From Sphingomonadales bacterium (GTDB lineage Bacteria; Pseudomonadota; Alphaproteobacteria; Sphingomonadales; Sphingomonadaceae), in assembly GCA_038225385.1 (NCBI GenBank), contig JBBRRC010000005.1:18743-82742 (forward strand): 64,000 nt of DNA, in the 5' to 3' direction. Positions 10,318 through 19,779 of this stretch are shown in pieces. The translations under genes and the position numbers were made by a program. The notes under the pieces are model-generated. The model was given only the letters and a program-made list of their open reading frames with translations, searched no databases and had not been told where the DNA came from. Each line of letters begins with the position of its first letter. Positions within the stretch are counted from its first letter, which is position 1.

Positions 10318-11249
10318 GCCGCCGTGTCCACCCGGGCACCGGCCGCGGCCCGGCGCAGGCGATCGTTGATGGCGATGCCGAGGCCATGTCGGGGCACCGG
10401 GGCGACCGCAATGCGCGCGCACGGTCCGGCATCGGCCTCATGCAGCCGCTCGAACAGCTGCGCCGCCGCCTCGACCACATCGCCCGCGGCACTCAGGCTG
10501 GCGTCGCCCGCGACCGCGCCGAAACCGATCAGCCACTCGTTCCCGGTTGCGGTGACGGCGTCGAGGCGTAGCGGCTTCGACGGGGCGTAATGCGCCTCGA
10601 GCTGGCCCGGTGCCTCGATGGTCGCCGATGTGCCCGTCACGGCCCCGCTGATCTCGATCGGGCCGGGGCGGAGCAGACGCAGGCCAGCGCCATCGCTCGC
10701 CACGATCGTCGACTCGATCCCTGCCGTCGTCGCCCCGTCGTCGATGACCAGCGGGATACGACCGTCGAGACTGCGCATGACATGGGCAGCGCGCGTCGGG
10801 CTGATCGCGCCACTTGCATTGGCACTGGGCGCGGCGAGCGGCCTGCCCGTCGCCGCGAGCATCGCCCGCATCGCCCGGTGGGCGGGAACCCGCAGCGCCA
10901 CCGTCTCCAGCCCCGCCGTCGCCAGGGGCGCAATCCCGCTGTCACGGCGCAGGGGGACGACGAGTGTCAGCGGCCCCGGCCAGTGCGCATGCGCCAGCGC
11001 CGTCGACGCCGCGTCGAAAATCCCGATCGCGCGCGCCGCACCCAAGTCGGCGACATGGATGATCAGGGGATTGAACTGCGGTCGTCCCTTGGCGGCAAAG
11101 ATGGCCGCAACCGCGTCGGGCCGTGTCGCGTCGCCGGCCAGCCCGTAAACCGTTTCAGTCGGTACCGCGACCACCCCGCCGCCGGCGATGATCGCCGCGC
11201 CGGCCGCGATCGCGTCGTCATCATATGGCAGGCAGCGGGTCGCGGCCAT
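10314..11249 (-). CDS. tsaC: Threonylcarbamoyl-AMP synthase (Sua5-type)
   Basis: PTETVYGL, KGRPQFNPLI and APSAN motifs plus Sua5 C-terminal domain (APGQLEAHYAP). Confidence 0.92.
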   Translation of the reverse strand: MAATRCLPYDDDAIAAGAAIIAGGGVVAVPTETVYGLAGDATRPDAVAAIFAAKGRPQFNPLIIHVADLGAARAIGIFDAASTALAHAHWPGPLTLVVPLRRDSGIAPLATAGLETVALRVPAHRAMRAMLAATGRPLAAPSANASGAISPTRAAHVMRSLDGRIPLVIDDGATTAGIESTIVASDGAGLRLLRPGPIEISGAVTGTSATIEAPGQLEAHYAPSKPLRLDAVTATGNEWLIGFGAVAGDASLSAAGDVVEAAAQLFERLHEADAGPCARIAVAPVPRHGLGIAINDRLRRAAAGARVDTAA

Positions 11250-11251
11250 CT

Positions 11252-12508
11252 TCAGGCTCCGCCCCAGATGCCCCGCGTGTCATAGACGATCTTGCCCGCG
11301 CGTTCGTCGGCGGGCACCGATTTGAAGATGTCATGATCAACCAGCACGACGAACGCTTCGCATTCCGCAAGCGCCGTGTCGATGTCGATCAATGTTGCCC
11401 CGGCCTGGTCCAGTGAAACCGGCAGGTCGGCGATATGGGGTTCGACGATCGCGATCCGCTTGCCGAACCGATCGGCCAGTGCCTCGGCCACCCTCAGCGC
11501 CGGGCTTTCGCGGAAATCGTCGACATTGGCCTTGAACGCGAGTCCGAGCAGGGCGACGCGCGCCGACGGACTCGCCTCGATCATGGCGGTCGCGCGCGCG
11601 ATGACGTGGTCGGTCTTGCCATCGTTCACCAGTCGCGCGGTACGGATCAGCGGCGTTGCCTCGGGCGCGCTGTGCACGATGAACCACGGATCGACCGCGA
11701 TGCAGTGGCCGCCGACGCCGGGGCCCGGCGACAGGATGTTGACGCGCGGGTGACGGTTGGCAAGCGCAATGACGTCCCACACGTCGATGCCCAGCTTGTC
11801 GGACACCAGTGACAATTCATTGGCAAAGGCGATGTTGACGTCGCGGAACGCATTTTCGCTCAGCTTGACCAGTTCGGCCACGCGCGCCGTCGTCGTGATA
11901 CACGCGCCCCGCACGAAGCTGCGGTAAAAGGTCAGCGCCTTGCGCGCGCAGCGCGGCGTGATCCCGCCGATGCAGCGGTCGTTGTCGATCAGTTCGACCA
12001 GGATGCGGCCCGGCAGGACGCGTTCCGGGCAATAGGCGATGGCGATGTCTGCCGACCCGTTGCCCGCGTGGGGGAATGTCAGATCGGGCCGCATCGCTGC
12101 GAGGACATCGCGCACCTGTTCGGTCGTCCCCACCGGCGACGTCGATTCGAGGATGACGATATCGCCCCGCTTCAGCACCGGTGCGATGGTCTGCGCGGCG
12201 GACATGACATGGGTGACATCGGGCGCATGGTCGTCGTCGAACGGCGTCGGCACCGCGATCAGAAAGATGTCGCACGGCTCGATCTTGGTCGACGCGCGCA
12301 GCAGCCCGCGTTGCACGACACCCTGGACCAGCGCATCCAGATCGACCTCCTCGATATGGACGCCGCCCGAATTGACCGTCTCGACGACATGGTCATGGAT
12401 ATCGATGCCGAGCACCTGTGCCCCCGAACGCGCCACGACCGCCGCCGTTGGCAGGCCGATATAGCCGAGGCCGATCACCGCGACCTGCCGCACGGGTTTA
12501 GCTTGCAT
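11252..12508 (-). CDS. wecC: UDP-N-acetyl-D-mannosamine dehydrogenase
   Basis: GLGYIGLP, CPERVLPG, GVGGHCIAVDPWF and GLAFKANVDDFRES motifs. Confidence 0.93.
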   Translation of the reverse strand: MQAKPVRQVAVIGLGYIGLPTAAVVARSGAQVLGIDIHDHVVETVNSGGVHIEEVDLDALVQGVVQRGLLRASTKIEPCDIFLIAVPTPFDDDHAPDVTHVMSAAQTIAPVLKRGDIVILESTSPVGTTEQVRDVLAAMRPDLTFPHAGNGSADIAIAYCPERVLPGRILVELIDNDRCIGGITPRCARKALTFYRSFVRGACITTTARVAELVKLSENAFRDVNIAFANELSLVSDKLGIDVWDVIALANRHPRVNILSPGPGVGGHCIAVDPWFIVHSAPEATPLIRTARLVNDGKTDHVIARATAMIEASPSARVALLGLAFKANVDDFRESPALRVAEALADRFGKRIAIVEPHIADLPVSLDQAGATLIDIDTALAECEAFVVLVDHDIFKSVPADERAGKIVYDTRGIWGGA

Positions 12509-13613
12509 CGACGATCACCTTTGCAATTCGTTCACTGGCGCGCCCGTCGCCATAGGGGCTGTGGGCACGTGCCATCGCCTCATAGGCCAAAGCATCGTCG
12601 AGGAGGTAGCTGGTCTCGCGGACGATAGCATCGGGGTCGGCTCCGACGAGTTTCGCCGTGCCCGCCGCGACCCCCTCGGGCCGCTCTGTCGTCTCGCGCA
12701 TGACCAGCACGGGTTTGCCGAACGACGGCGCTTCCTCCTGGATGCCGCCGCTGTCGGTCAGGACCAAGTGCGCCCGGTCCAGCAGCCTGACGAACGAGGG
12801 ATAGTCGAGCGGCTCGATCACCGCGATCGATGCCGATTGCGCCAGGCTGGTCATCGCCTCGCGGACGATCGGATTGGGATGGATCGGAAAGATGATGCCG
12901 ACGTCGCTGCGTGACGCGATGCGGGTCAGCGCCTCGGCAATGCCGCGCAGCGCTTCGAAATTCTCGCGCCGGTGCGTCGTCACCGCGATGATCCGGCGAC
13001 CGGCGAACCCGTCCGCGACCGCGTCCAGCTTCGCGGCCAGCGCGGGCCGCTCGCCCAGCAGGTCGCGCATCGCCTGCAGCGCATCGATGACGGTGTTGCC
13101 GGTCTGGTAAATCGTCGCCGGATCGATCGCCTCTGCCCTCAGCGCGGCCGCGGCCGTCGCCGTCGGCGCGAAATGCTGGTCGGCGATCGTCGCGACGATC
13201 TTGCGATTGACCTCTTCGGGCCAGGGGTGGTGAATGTCATGACTGCGCAGGCCCGCCTCGACGTGCGAGACCGGGATTTTGCGATAATAGCCGGCAAGCG
13301 CCCCGACCATCGCCGACGCGGTGTCGCCCTGCACCACGATCCGGTCCGGTCGCTCCGTATCGAGCGTCTCACCGATCCCGGAAAGCAGCCGCGCGGTCAG
13401 CGTGTCGAGCGACTGGCCCGGTTGCATGATCGCCAGGTCGATATCGGGCACGATCGCCGTCAGTGCCAGAATGTCGTCGACCATCGCGCCGTGCTGCCCG
13501 GTGAGGCATACCCGCACGTCGAGCGAGGCCTCACGCTTCAGCGCCTGGATGACGGGGAACAGCTTGATGGCTTCCGGGCGCGTCCCGAAGATGACCAGAA
13601 TGCGTGCGCTCAC
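12498..13613 (-). CDS. wecB: UDP-N-acetylglucosamine 2-epimerase (non-hydrolysing)
   Basis: GTRPEAIK, HVEAGLRS, TDSGGIQEEAP and RETTERPE motifs; GTG start inferred. Confidence 0.93.
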   Translation of the reverse strand: MSARILVIFGTRPEAIKLFPVIQALKREASLDVRVCLTGQHGAMVDDILALTAIVPDIDLAIMQPGQSLDTLTARLLSGIGETLDTERPDRIVVQGDTASAMVGALAGYYRKIPVSHVEAGLRSHDIHHPWPEEVNRKIVATIADQHFAPTATAAAALRAEAIDPATIYQTGNTVIDALQAMRDLLGERPALAAKLDAVADGFAGRRIIAVTTHRRENFEALRGIAEALTRIASRSDVGIIFPIHPNPIVREAMTSLAQSASIAVIEPLDYPSFVRLLDRAHLVLTDSGGIQEEAPSFGKPVLVMRETTERPEGVAAGTAKLVGADPDAIVRETSYLLDDALAYEAMARAHSPYGDGRASERIAKVIVDAS

Positions 13614-13710
13614 GACTGGCCCGCCCGCCGCGCTGTCGTCATTTTCGTATCGCCCCGGCTGCTGCAAGCGCCGCATATCGGCGCGGCCGGACCCTGCCTA
13701 GCCATCATTT

Positions 13711-14493
13711 TCATTCGGGTAAACGCGCGCTCTGCGTCTCCGCGCTCGACAGAAACCAGCGCTGCGTTCCTTCGAGTCCCACCGCCGTCAGTCTGCCGCT
13801 GCCATAGGCACCGGTATCGATCCCGATGCGGTTGGGTCGCTCCTCGACCTGGGCGGAGATCGAATGACCGTGCACGACCATCGCGCCGTGGTCGCGGTCG
13901 TCGTCGAGGAAAGTGTTGCGGATCCAGCGCATGTCCCGGGGCGATTGCGCCTCGATCGCGACGCCGGGCTTTACCCCGGCATGCACGAACAGATAGTCGC
14001 CCGACCGGTACGAGTCCCTGAATTTCCTCAGGAATCCGATATGCGCGGCCGGGACATGCTCGCCGACCATCCGCGTCACCCGGTCGATGTCGGCGGCGTC
14101 GTAATCGACCTCGGTCACGCCATAGCTGATCAGCGTTTCGCGCCCGCCGACGCGGTGGAGCAGGCGGGTCGACGGCGTGTCGCCTTCCCACGCCGAAATC
14201 AGGATCTCCTCGTGGTTGCCTATGACGAACACGCACGACCGCTCCGTCTCCAGCGCCATCAGCCGCTCGACGACCGCTCTCGACTGGCCGCCCCGGTCGA
14301 TCAGATCGCCGAGGAAGACGAGCGTCGTCGCCGCTTTCCCCCGCCGGGCGTCGTCGGCATCGATCGCCCGCAACAGCGCATCGAGGCAGTCACGCCGCCC
14401 GTGAATGTCGCCGATCGCATAGATGCGCTCGCCCTCGGGCAGGGCATGGACCCTCGGGCGGGGCTTGCGGGCAAACATCGACGTTTTGAGCAT
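13711..14493 (-). CDS. Metallophosphoesterase (bacterial Ser/Thr protein phosphatase family)
   Basis: GDIHG, GDLIDRG, GNHE and HGH..GIDTG calcineurin-like motifs. Confidence 0.9.
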   Translation of the reverse strand: MLKTSMFARKPRPRVHALPEGERIYAIGDIHGRRDCLDALLRAIDADDARRGKAATTLVFLGDLIDRGGQSRAVVERLMALETERSCVFVIGNHEEILISAWEGDTPSTRLLHRVGGRETLISYGVTEVDYDAADIDRVTRMVGEHVPAAHIGFLRKFRDSYRSGDYLFVHAGVKPGVAIEAQSPRDMRWIRNTFLDDDRDHGAMVVHGHSISAQVEERPNRIGIDTGAYGSGRLTAVGLEGTQRWFLSSAETQSARLPE

Positions 14494-14518
14494 TGGTTCC
14501 CGGCACTAGCACAAGCTT

Positions 14519-14872
14519 TCAGGCGAGGCTCTGTTCCATCAGGGCGCGCGGGTCGAGGCCCAGGCGCACGATCTGGGCCTGCACCGACGGCCATGTTTGC
14601 GTCATGAAGATGTCGCGCTCCTGATCGCGCAGCCGTTCGACCGCACCATCGGCCACGAACATCCCGACGCCGCGCCGGACGGTGACGAATCCCTCGTCCT
14701 GCAGTGTCTGATAGGCCTTGGCGACGGTCAGCGGATTGGCACCGTGGCGCGCGGCGAATGTGCGCACCGAGGGGAGCTGCTCGCCCTCGCCATAGTCCCC
14801 GCCCAGGATCGCCGTTGCCAGCATCGCGCGCAGACGAAGGTAAACGGGTGCCGGGGACTCTGCCGCTGTCAT
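14519..14872 (-). CDS. GntR-family regulator (short YtrA type)
   Basis: LPSVR, NPLTVAKAY and RRGVGMFV winged-HTH motifs. Confidence 0.9.
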   Translation of the reverse strand: MTAAESPAPVYLRLRAMLATAILGGDYGEGEQLPSVRTFAARHGANPLTVAKAYQTLQDEGFVTVRRGVGMFVADGAVERLRDQERDIFMTQTWPSVQAQIVRLGLDPRALMEQSLA

Positions 14873-14916
14873 GCCGTGCTAATACAGCAGCGCAGCCGGT
14901 TTGTCAGCCCTGCCCG

Positions 14917-15507
14917 TTACGTCCAGTTGCGGACCACTGTATCGAAATCGGGACGCGGCCGTTCGTCGAGCGGTCGCCCTGGGCTGCCGATGAAGATGAA
15001 ACCGGCAATTCGTTCGTGTGCCTCCCCGAACGCGTCGCGCACGGCATCGCTGTAGGCCGGCCAGCCGGTCAGCCAGCCGCCGACGAATCCCGACGCATGC
15101 ACCGCCGTCAGCAGGGTCATGATCGCCGCGCCCGCCGACAATTGCTGTTCCCATTCGGGTATCTTGCTGCCCGGCACCGGCGATGACAGCACGACGACAA
15201 GCGTCGGCGCCTGATGCGCGAAACTCTCCATTGCCTCGATTTCGAGGCGACCGGCATCGGGCTTTTCCGCCCGATAGGCTCGTGTCAGCAGCCAGGCGAG
15301 GCGCGCACGCTGCGCCTCGCCGACGATGATGAACCGCCACGGTGCCAGCTTGCCGTGGTCGGGCACGCGCGTCGCCGCTGCCAGCATTGTCCGCAATTGT
15401 TCAGGGGTCGGCCCCGGTGCGACCATGTCGCGCGGCTTGCCCGAGCGGCGCGTGGCGAGCAGCGATAATGTGGATGAGGTGTCGTTGAGCGGGGGGGCGT
15501 CGGGCAT
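14917..15507 (-). CDS. Nitroreductase family protein (YdjA-like)
   Basis: RRS, PDHGKLAPWRF and GWLTGW motifs. Confidence 0.9.
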   Translation of the reverse strand: MPDAPPLNDTSSTLSLLATRRSGKPRDMVAPGPTPEQLRTMLAAATRVPDHGKLAPWRFIIVGEAQRARLAWLLTRAYRAEKPDAGRLEIEAMESFAHQAPTLVVVLSSPVPGSKIPEWEQQLSAGAAIMTLLTAVHASGFVGGWLTGWPAYSDAVRDAFGEAHERIAGFIFIGSPGRPLDERPRPDFDTVVRNWT

Positions 15508-15563
15508 CGTCGGCGGCTAACAGCCCCCTCGCGCGGCGGCAAGCGACGGGTTAGGACGACCGG

Positions 15564-16517
15564 ATGTTCCCGGCCTTTCTCGCCGCTCTGGCCACTGTCT
15601 CGCTGGCCAGTGCCTCGCCTTCCCAGACAAACGCCGTGCGGGCGCTTGCCGCTCAAGATGTCCGGCTCGCGGGGATTGCCTGGCGCCTGGCGCGCGGGGG
15701 TGACGGACCTGCGAACGACCGCCTGTGCAGCGGGCGGGTCAGCCTTCCGGGGCTCGTCGTTCAGGATGCGGCCCAATATCCGGAGGCAGAGCGCGCGGCG
15801 GCTCGGGCTGCGCTCGGTCTCGGGGCGGGACCGACGATCGTTGCCGTGGTGCCGCAAAGCGGGGCCGACCGGGCGGGCTTTATGGCAGGGGACGAAATCC
15901 TGGCGGTCGGCGGGACGGCGATCACCGCCAGCGTCGCGCGCGACGCCTATGCCCGCGTCCAGCAGCTGGAGGACCTGGTCGAGGCGAAGACGGCCACCGG
16001 CCCGGTCCAGATCGACCTTCGTCGTGCGGACGGGGTGACCCGCCTGTCCTATTCTCCCGAACCCGGCTGCGCGTCGCGCGTCCAGATCGTTCCCGGCCGG
16101 TCGATCAACGCCTCGGCCGATGGGCGTTACGTTCAGATCACGGCGGCAATGGTCGACTTCACGCGGAACGACGACGAACTCGCCGTCGTGACTGCCCACG
16201 AAATGGCCCACAACATCCTGCGCCACAAGGCGCTCGGGACGCCGTCCAAAACCGCCGAATATGAGGCCGACCGCCTCGGCGTATGGCTCGTGGCGCGCGG
16301 CGGCTATGACGTCGATGCGGTCGTCCCGTTCTGGACCCGGCTCGGCAAAAGCACGGGTCTGGGGATTTTGTCCGATGGCTCGCACCCCCGCTGGCGCCCA
16401 CGCGTCGCGCGTGTCGCAGAGGCGGTCGCGGCGGTGAAGGCGCAGCGCGCGGCGAAACAGGCGCTGGTCCCGCCGCCGGTGGGTGCCCCGCAACAATCTT
16501 CTTCACAGGCGCAATAA
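15564..16517 (+). CDS. M48 metallopeptidase with PDZ domain
   Basis: Signal peptide, PDZ-like (GADRAGFMAGDEI), HEMAH zinc motif, EYEADRLG. Confidence 0.85.
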   Translation: MFPAFLAALATVSLASASPSQTNAVRALAAQDVRLAGIAWRLARGGDGPANDRLCSGRVSLPGLVVQDAAQYPEAERAAARAALGLGAGPTIVAVVPQSGADRAGFMAGDEILAVGGTAITASVARDAYARVQQLEDLVEAKTATGPVQIDLRRADGVTRLSYSPEPGCASRVQIVPGRSINASADGRYVQITAAMVDFTRNDDELAVVTAHEMAHNILRHKALGTPSKTAEYEADRLGVWLVARGGYDVDAVVPFWTRLGKSTGLGILSDGSHPRWRPRVARVAEAVAAVKAQRAAKQALVPPPVGAPQQSSSQAQ

Positions 16518-16586
16518 CCGCGTTAGTGTCGGCGCAAAGCCCGTGCGTCAGACACGGCAAGGATTTCAGGGAGTTCGCACGAATTT

Positions 16587-18395
16587 ATGGATAGCCCCAC
16601 CGCCGACACGCCGAGCGAACCCGACATCAGCCATGTGAACCCGGCGAGCGGCGACACGTGGTTCGGCCATCCCCGCCAGCTTGCCCGGCTGTTCACGACC
16701 GAGGCGATGGAACGCTTCGGCTATTACGGGATGCGGGCGCTGCTGACGCTCTATCTGGCCGACCATTTTCTGTTCAGCGACCAGACGACGACCGGCCTCT
16801 ACGGCGGCTTTACCGCGCTCGTCTATCTCACGCCGCTGGTCGGCGGCCTGATGGCCGACCGTTATCTCGGGTCGAAGCGGTCGGTAAAGTTCGGCGCGAT
16901 CCTGATGTCGCTCGGGTATCTGACGCTGTGTTTCGGCGGCGATGCGGCCACGCCGTTCGCGACCATCGACGGGCAGCGCTACGACGTCCAGATCGACAAG
17001 GCATCGCCGACCAAGCAGCAATATCTGATCGACGGCACCCGTCGCCTCGCGATCAAGGGGCTCGATGACGGTTCGGTTCAGCTGGTGGCGCCCGGCGGGA
17101 CGGTCACGCGGACGATTGCCAAGGGCGGATTCAAGCCCGACGGCACGCGCAATCGTCTGAATGTCTTTCTGCTCCTGATCGGCCTGTCGATGGTCACCGT
17201 CGGCAACGGTTTCTTCAAACCCAATATCTCGACGATGGTCGGCAGTCTTTACGAACAGGGCGACCGGCGTCGCGACGCGGGCTTCACCATTTTCTACATG
17301 GGGATCAACCTCGGTTCGCTGTTCTCGCAATTGCTGTGCCCGGTGCTGGCGGTGGGCATGTTCGGCTGGCCGGGGCTCGGCTGGTGGGCGGGCTTCGGCC
17401 TTGCCGCGATCGGCATGTTCGTTTCGTGGATGCTGATCCAGTTCAGCGGCAACCAGCTGACGGGATACGGCGATCCGCCGCCCCAGACCGGCGGGGACAA
17501 ATCGCTGCTCATCTATCTCGGCGCGGTGCTGGCCGTGCCCGTGGTCTGGTTCCTCTTCACCAATCTGATGGACACGCCGCAACCGGTGCCGGGGTCGGGC
17601 ATCATCGGTTACATCCTGTCGCTGTCGCTGATGGGCAAGGCGCTGTTCCTGACTTTCCTGATCGGCGTGCCCGGCATCCTGATCTGGTCGTCGCTCAATG
17701 CCAGCCGCAAGGAGCTGGAAATGATGCTGGCGGCGATGGTGCTCGTCGTCTTCAACGTTGTGTTCTGGACATTGTTCGAACAGGCGGGGTCGTCGCTGAC
17801 GCTCTTTGCCGACCGCAACACCAACCTCAGCATCTTCGGGCTGTTCGACATTTCGGCGGGGCAGACGCAATTCTTCAACGCCGCCTTCATCGTCCTGCTG
17901 GCACCGCTGTTCTCGGCGATGTGGACCTCGCTCGCGCGCGCCGGGCGCGAACCCTCGATCCCGGTGAAATTCGCGATCGCGCTGATCGGGGTCGGCGCCG
18001 GGTTCCTGTTCCTCGTCTGGGGCGCTCAGTTTGCGGGTCCCGATTTCAAGGTCGGCATCTGGTGGCTCGCCGGACTTTACCTGATCCATTCGATGGCCGA
18101 ATTGTGCATTTCGCCCGTCGGTCTCAGCATGATTACCAAGCTGTCGATCGCCCGCATCGTCGGGCTGATGATGGGCGTCTGGTTCCTGTCGATCTCGGTC
18201 GCGCAATATGTCGCAGGCGTCGTCGCCCAGGTCGCGAGCGTCGAGACGGTCGGCGGTCAGGTCACCAATCTGAAGGTCAGCCTCGACACCTATATCGGCA
18301 CCTTCACGACGATCGCGTGGATTGCGATTGGCGCCGGCGTCCTGCTTTTCATCCTGTCCTTACTGCTCAAGAAGTGGATGCACGGTGTTCAATAG
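16587..18395 (+). CDS. POT/PTR-family peptide:H+ symporter
   Basis: EAMERFGYYG (ExxERFxYY), GNGFFKPNIS and FYMGINLG motifs. Confidence 0.93.
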   Translation: MDSPTADTPSEPDISHVNPASGDTWFGHPRQLARLFTTEAMERFGYYGMRALLTLYLADHFLFSDQTTTGLYGGFTALVYLTPLVGGLMADRYLGSKRSVKFGAILMSLGYLTLCFGGDAATPFATIDGQRYDVQIDKASPTKQQYLIDGTRRLAIKGLDDGSVQLVAPGGTVTRTIAKGGFKPDGTRNRLNVFLLLIGLSMVTVGNGFFKPNISTMVGSLYEQGDRRRDAGFTIFYMGINLGSLFSQLLCPVLAVGMFGWPGLGWWAGFGLAAIGMFVSWMLIQFSGNQLTGYGDPPPQTGGDKSLLIYLGAVLAVPVVWFLFTNLMDTPQPVPGSGIIGYILSLSLMGKALFLTFLIGVPGILIWSSLNASRKELEMMLAAMVLVVFNVVFWTLFEQAGSSLTLFADRNTNLSIFGLFDISAGQTQFFNAAFIVLLAPLFSAMWTSLARAGREPSIPVKFAIALIGVGAGFLFLVWGAQFAGPDFKVGIWWLAGLYLIHSMAELCISPVGLSMITKLSIARIVGLMMGVWFLSISVAQYVAGVVAQVASVETVGGQVTNLKVSLDTYIGTFTTIAWIAIGAGVLLFILSLLLKKWMHGVQ

Positions 18396-19779
18396 AGTCC
18401 TTGTCGCTGCTGCCTGTCTGGTCGTTGCCGGGTGCGCGAGCCACCCCGCGCCACCCGTATCGGCGTCCGCCAAGCCAAAGCCCGCAACGCCCAGATGGAA
18501 CGCGGACCCCTATCCGTCCACGTACAAGCCTTATCCGTCGACACCGACGGTCATCCGCGGCGCGACCGTCTATGACGGTGAGGGACAGCGGATCGAGCGC
18601 GGCGTCGTTTTCATGAGCGGCGGCAAGATTACCGCCGTCGGCGGCCCTGACACGCCGATCCCCGCCGACACGCAGGTGATCGACGGCACCGGCAAGTTCG
18701 TGACGCCCGGCATCATCGACATTCACTCGCACCTCGGCGACTATCCCAGTCCCCAGGTTGCGGCCGTGTCCGACGGCAATGAGGCGACGGGCCCCGTCCG
18801 GCCAGAGGTCTGGGCCGAACACAGCGTCTGGCCGCAAGACCCGGGGTTCAGCCGTGCGCTGGTCAACGGCGGCGTGACGACGCTCGAAATCCTGCCCGGC
18901 TCCGCCAATCTGTTCGGCGGCCGCTCGGTGGTGCTGAAGAACGTCTATGCCCGCACCACCCAGGGGATGAAGTTTCCCGGCGCGCCCTATGGCCTGAAGA
19001 TGGCGTGCGGGGAAAATCCCAAGCGCGTTTACGGCGAACGCGGCCAGATGCCGTCGACCCGCATGGGCAATATCGCCGTCGACCGCGGCGTCTGGGCCAA
19101 GGCGGTCGAATACAAGAAGAAACTGGATAAAGGCGGCGACATCACCCGCGACATCGCGATGGATACGCTTGCCGGGGTGCTCGCGGGCGATATCCTCGTC
19201 CAGAACCATTGCTACCGCGCCGACGAAATGGCGACGGTCATCGATATGGCAAAGGAATTCGGCTATCACGTCGCGGCGTTCCACCACGCGGTAGAGGCGT
19301 ACAAGATCGCCGACCTGCTGAAGGCGAACGGCATTTGCGCAGCGATGTGGGCCGACTGGTGGGGCTTCAAGCTCGAGGCCTATGACGCCATCCCGGAAAA
19401 TATCGCGCTGGTGCAAAATGCCGGTGCCTGCGCGATCGTGCATTCGGACGACCCCAACGGCATCCAGCGGCTGAATCAGGAAGCGGCCAAGGCACTGGCG
19501 GCGGGCCGGCGGGCGGGCATCGTCATCCCTGACGAGGTTGCGTGGGAATGGCTGACCTATAATCCGGCCAAGGCGCTCGGCATCGTTGCCAAGACCGGCA
19601 GCCTGAAACCCGGCAAGATGGCCGATGTCGTCCTGTGGAACGGCAATCCGTTCAGTGTCTATACCCGGCCCGAACGCGTCTGGATCGACGGCGCGCTGAT
19701 GTACGATGCCAACGATCCGAAGCGCCGCCCGGTGAGTGATTTCGAGCTGGGCCAGGTCGGCGAAGGAGATGTGAAGTGA
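18385..19779 (+). CDS. Amidohydrolase, probable lipoprotein
   Basis: Lipobox-like VAGC; IDIHSH, HCY, FHH and HSDD metal ligands; GTG start inferred. Confidence 0.85.
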   Translation: MFNRVLVAAACLVVAGCASHPAPPVSASAKPKPATPRWNADPYPSTYKPYPSTPTVIRGATVYDGEGQRIERGVVFMSGGKITAVGGPDTPIPADTQVIDGTGKFVTPGIIDIHSHLGDYPSPQVAAVSDGNEATGPVRPEVWAEHSVWPQDPGFSRALVNGGVTTLEILPGSANLFGGRSVVLKNVYARTTQGMKFPGAPYGLKMACGENPKRVYGERGQMPSTRMGNIAVDRGVWAKAVEYKKKLDKGGDITRDIAMDTLAGVLAGDILVQNHCYRADEMATVIDMAKEFGYHVAAFHHAVEAYKIADLLKANGICAAMWADWWGFKLEAYDAIPENIALVQNAGACAIVHSDDPNGIQRLNQEAAKALAAGRRAGIVIPDEVAWEWLTYNPAKALGIVAKTGSLKPGKMADVVLWNGNPFSVYTRPERVWIDGALMYDANDPKRRPVSDFELGQVGEGDVK

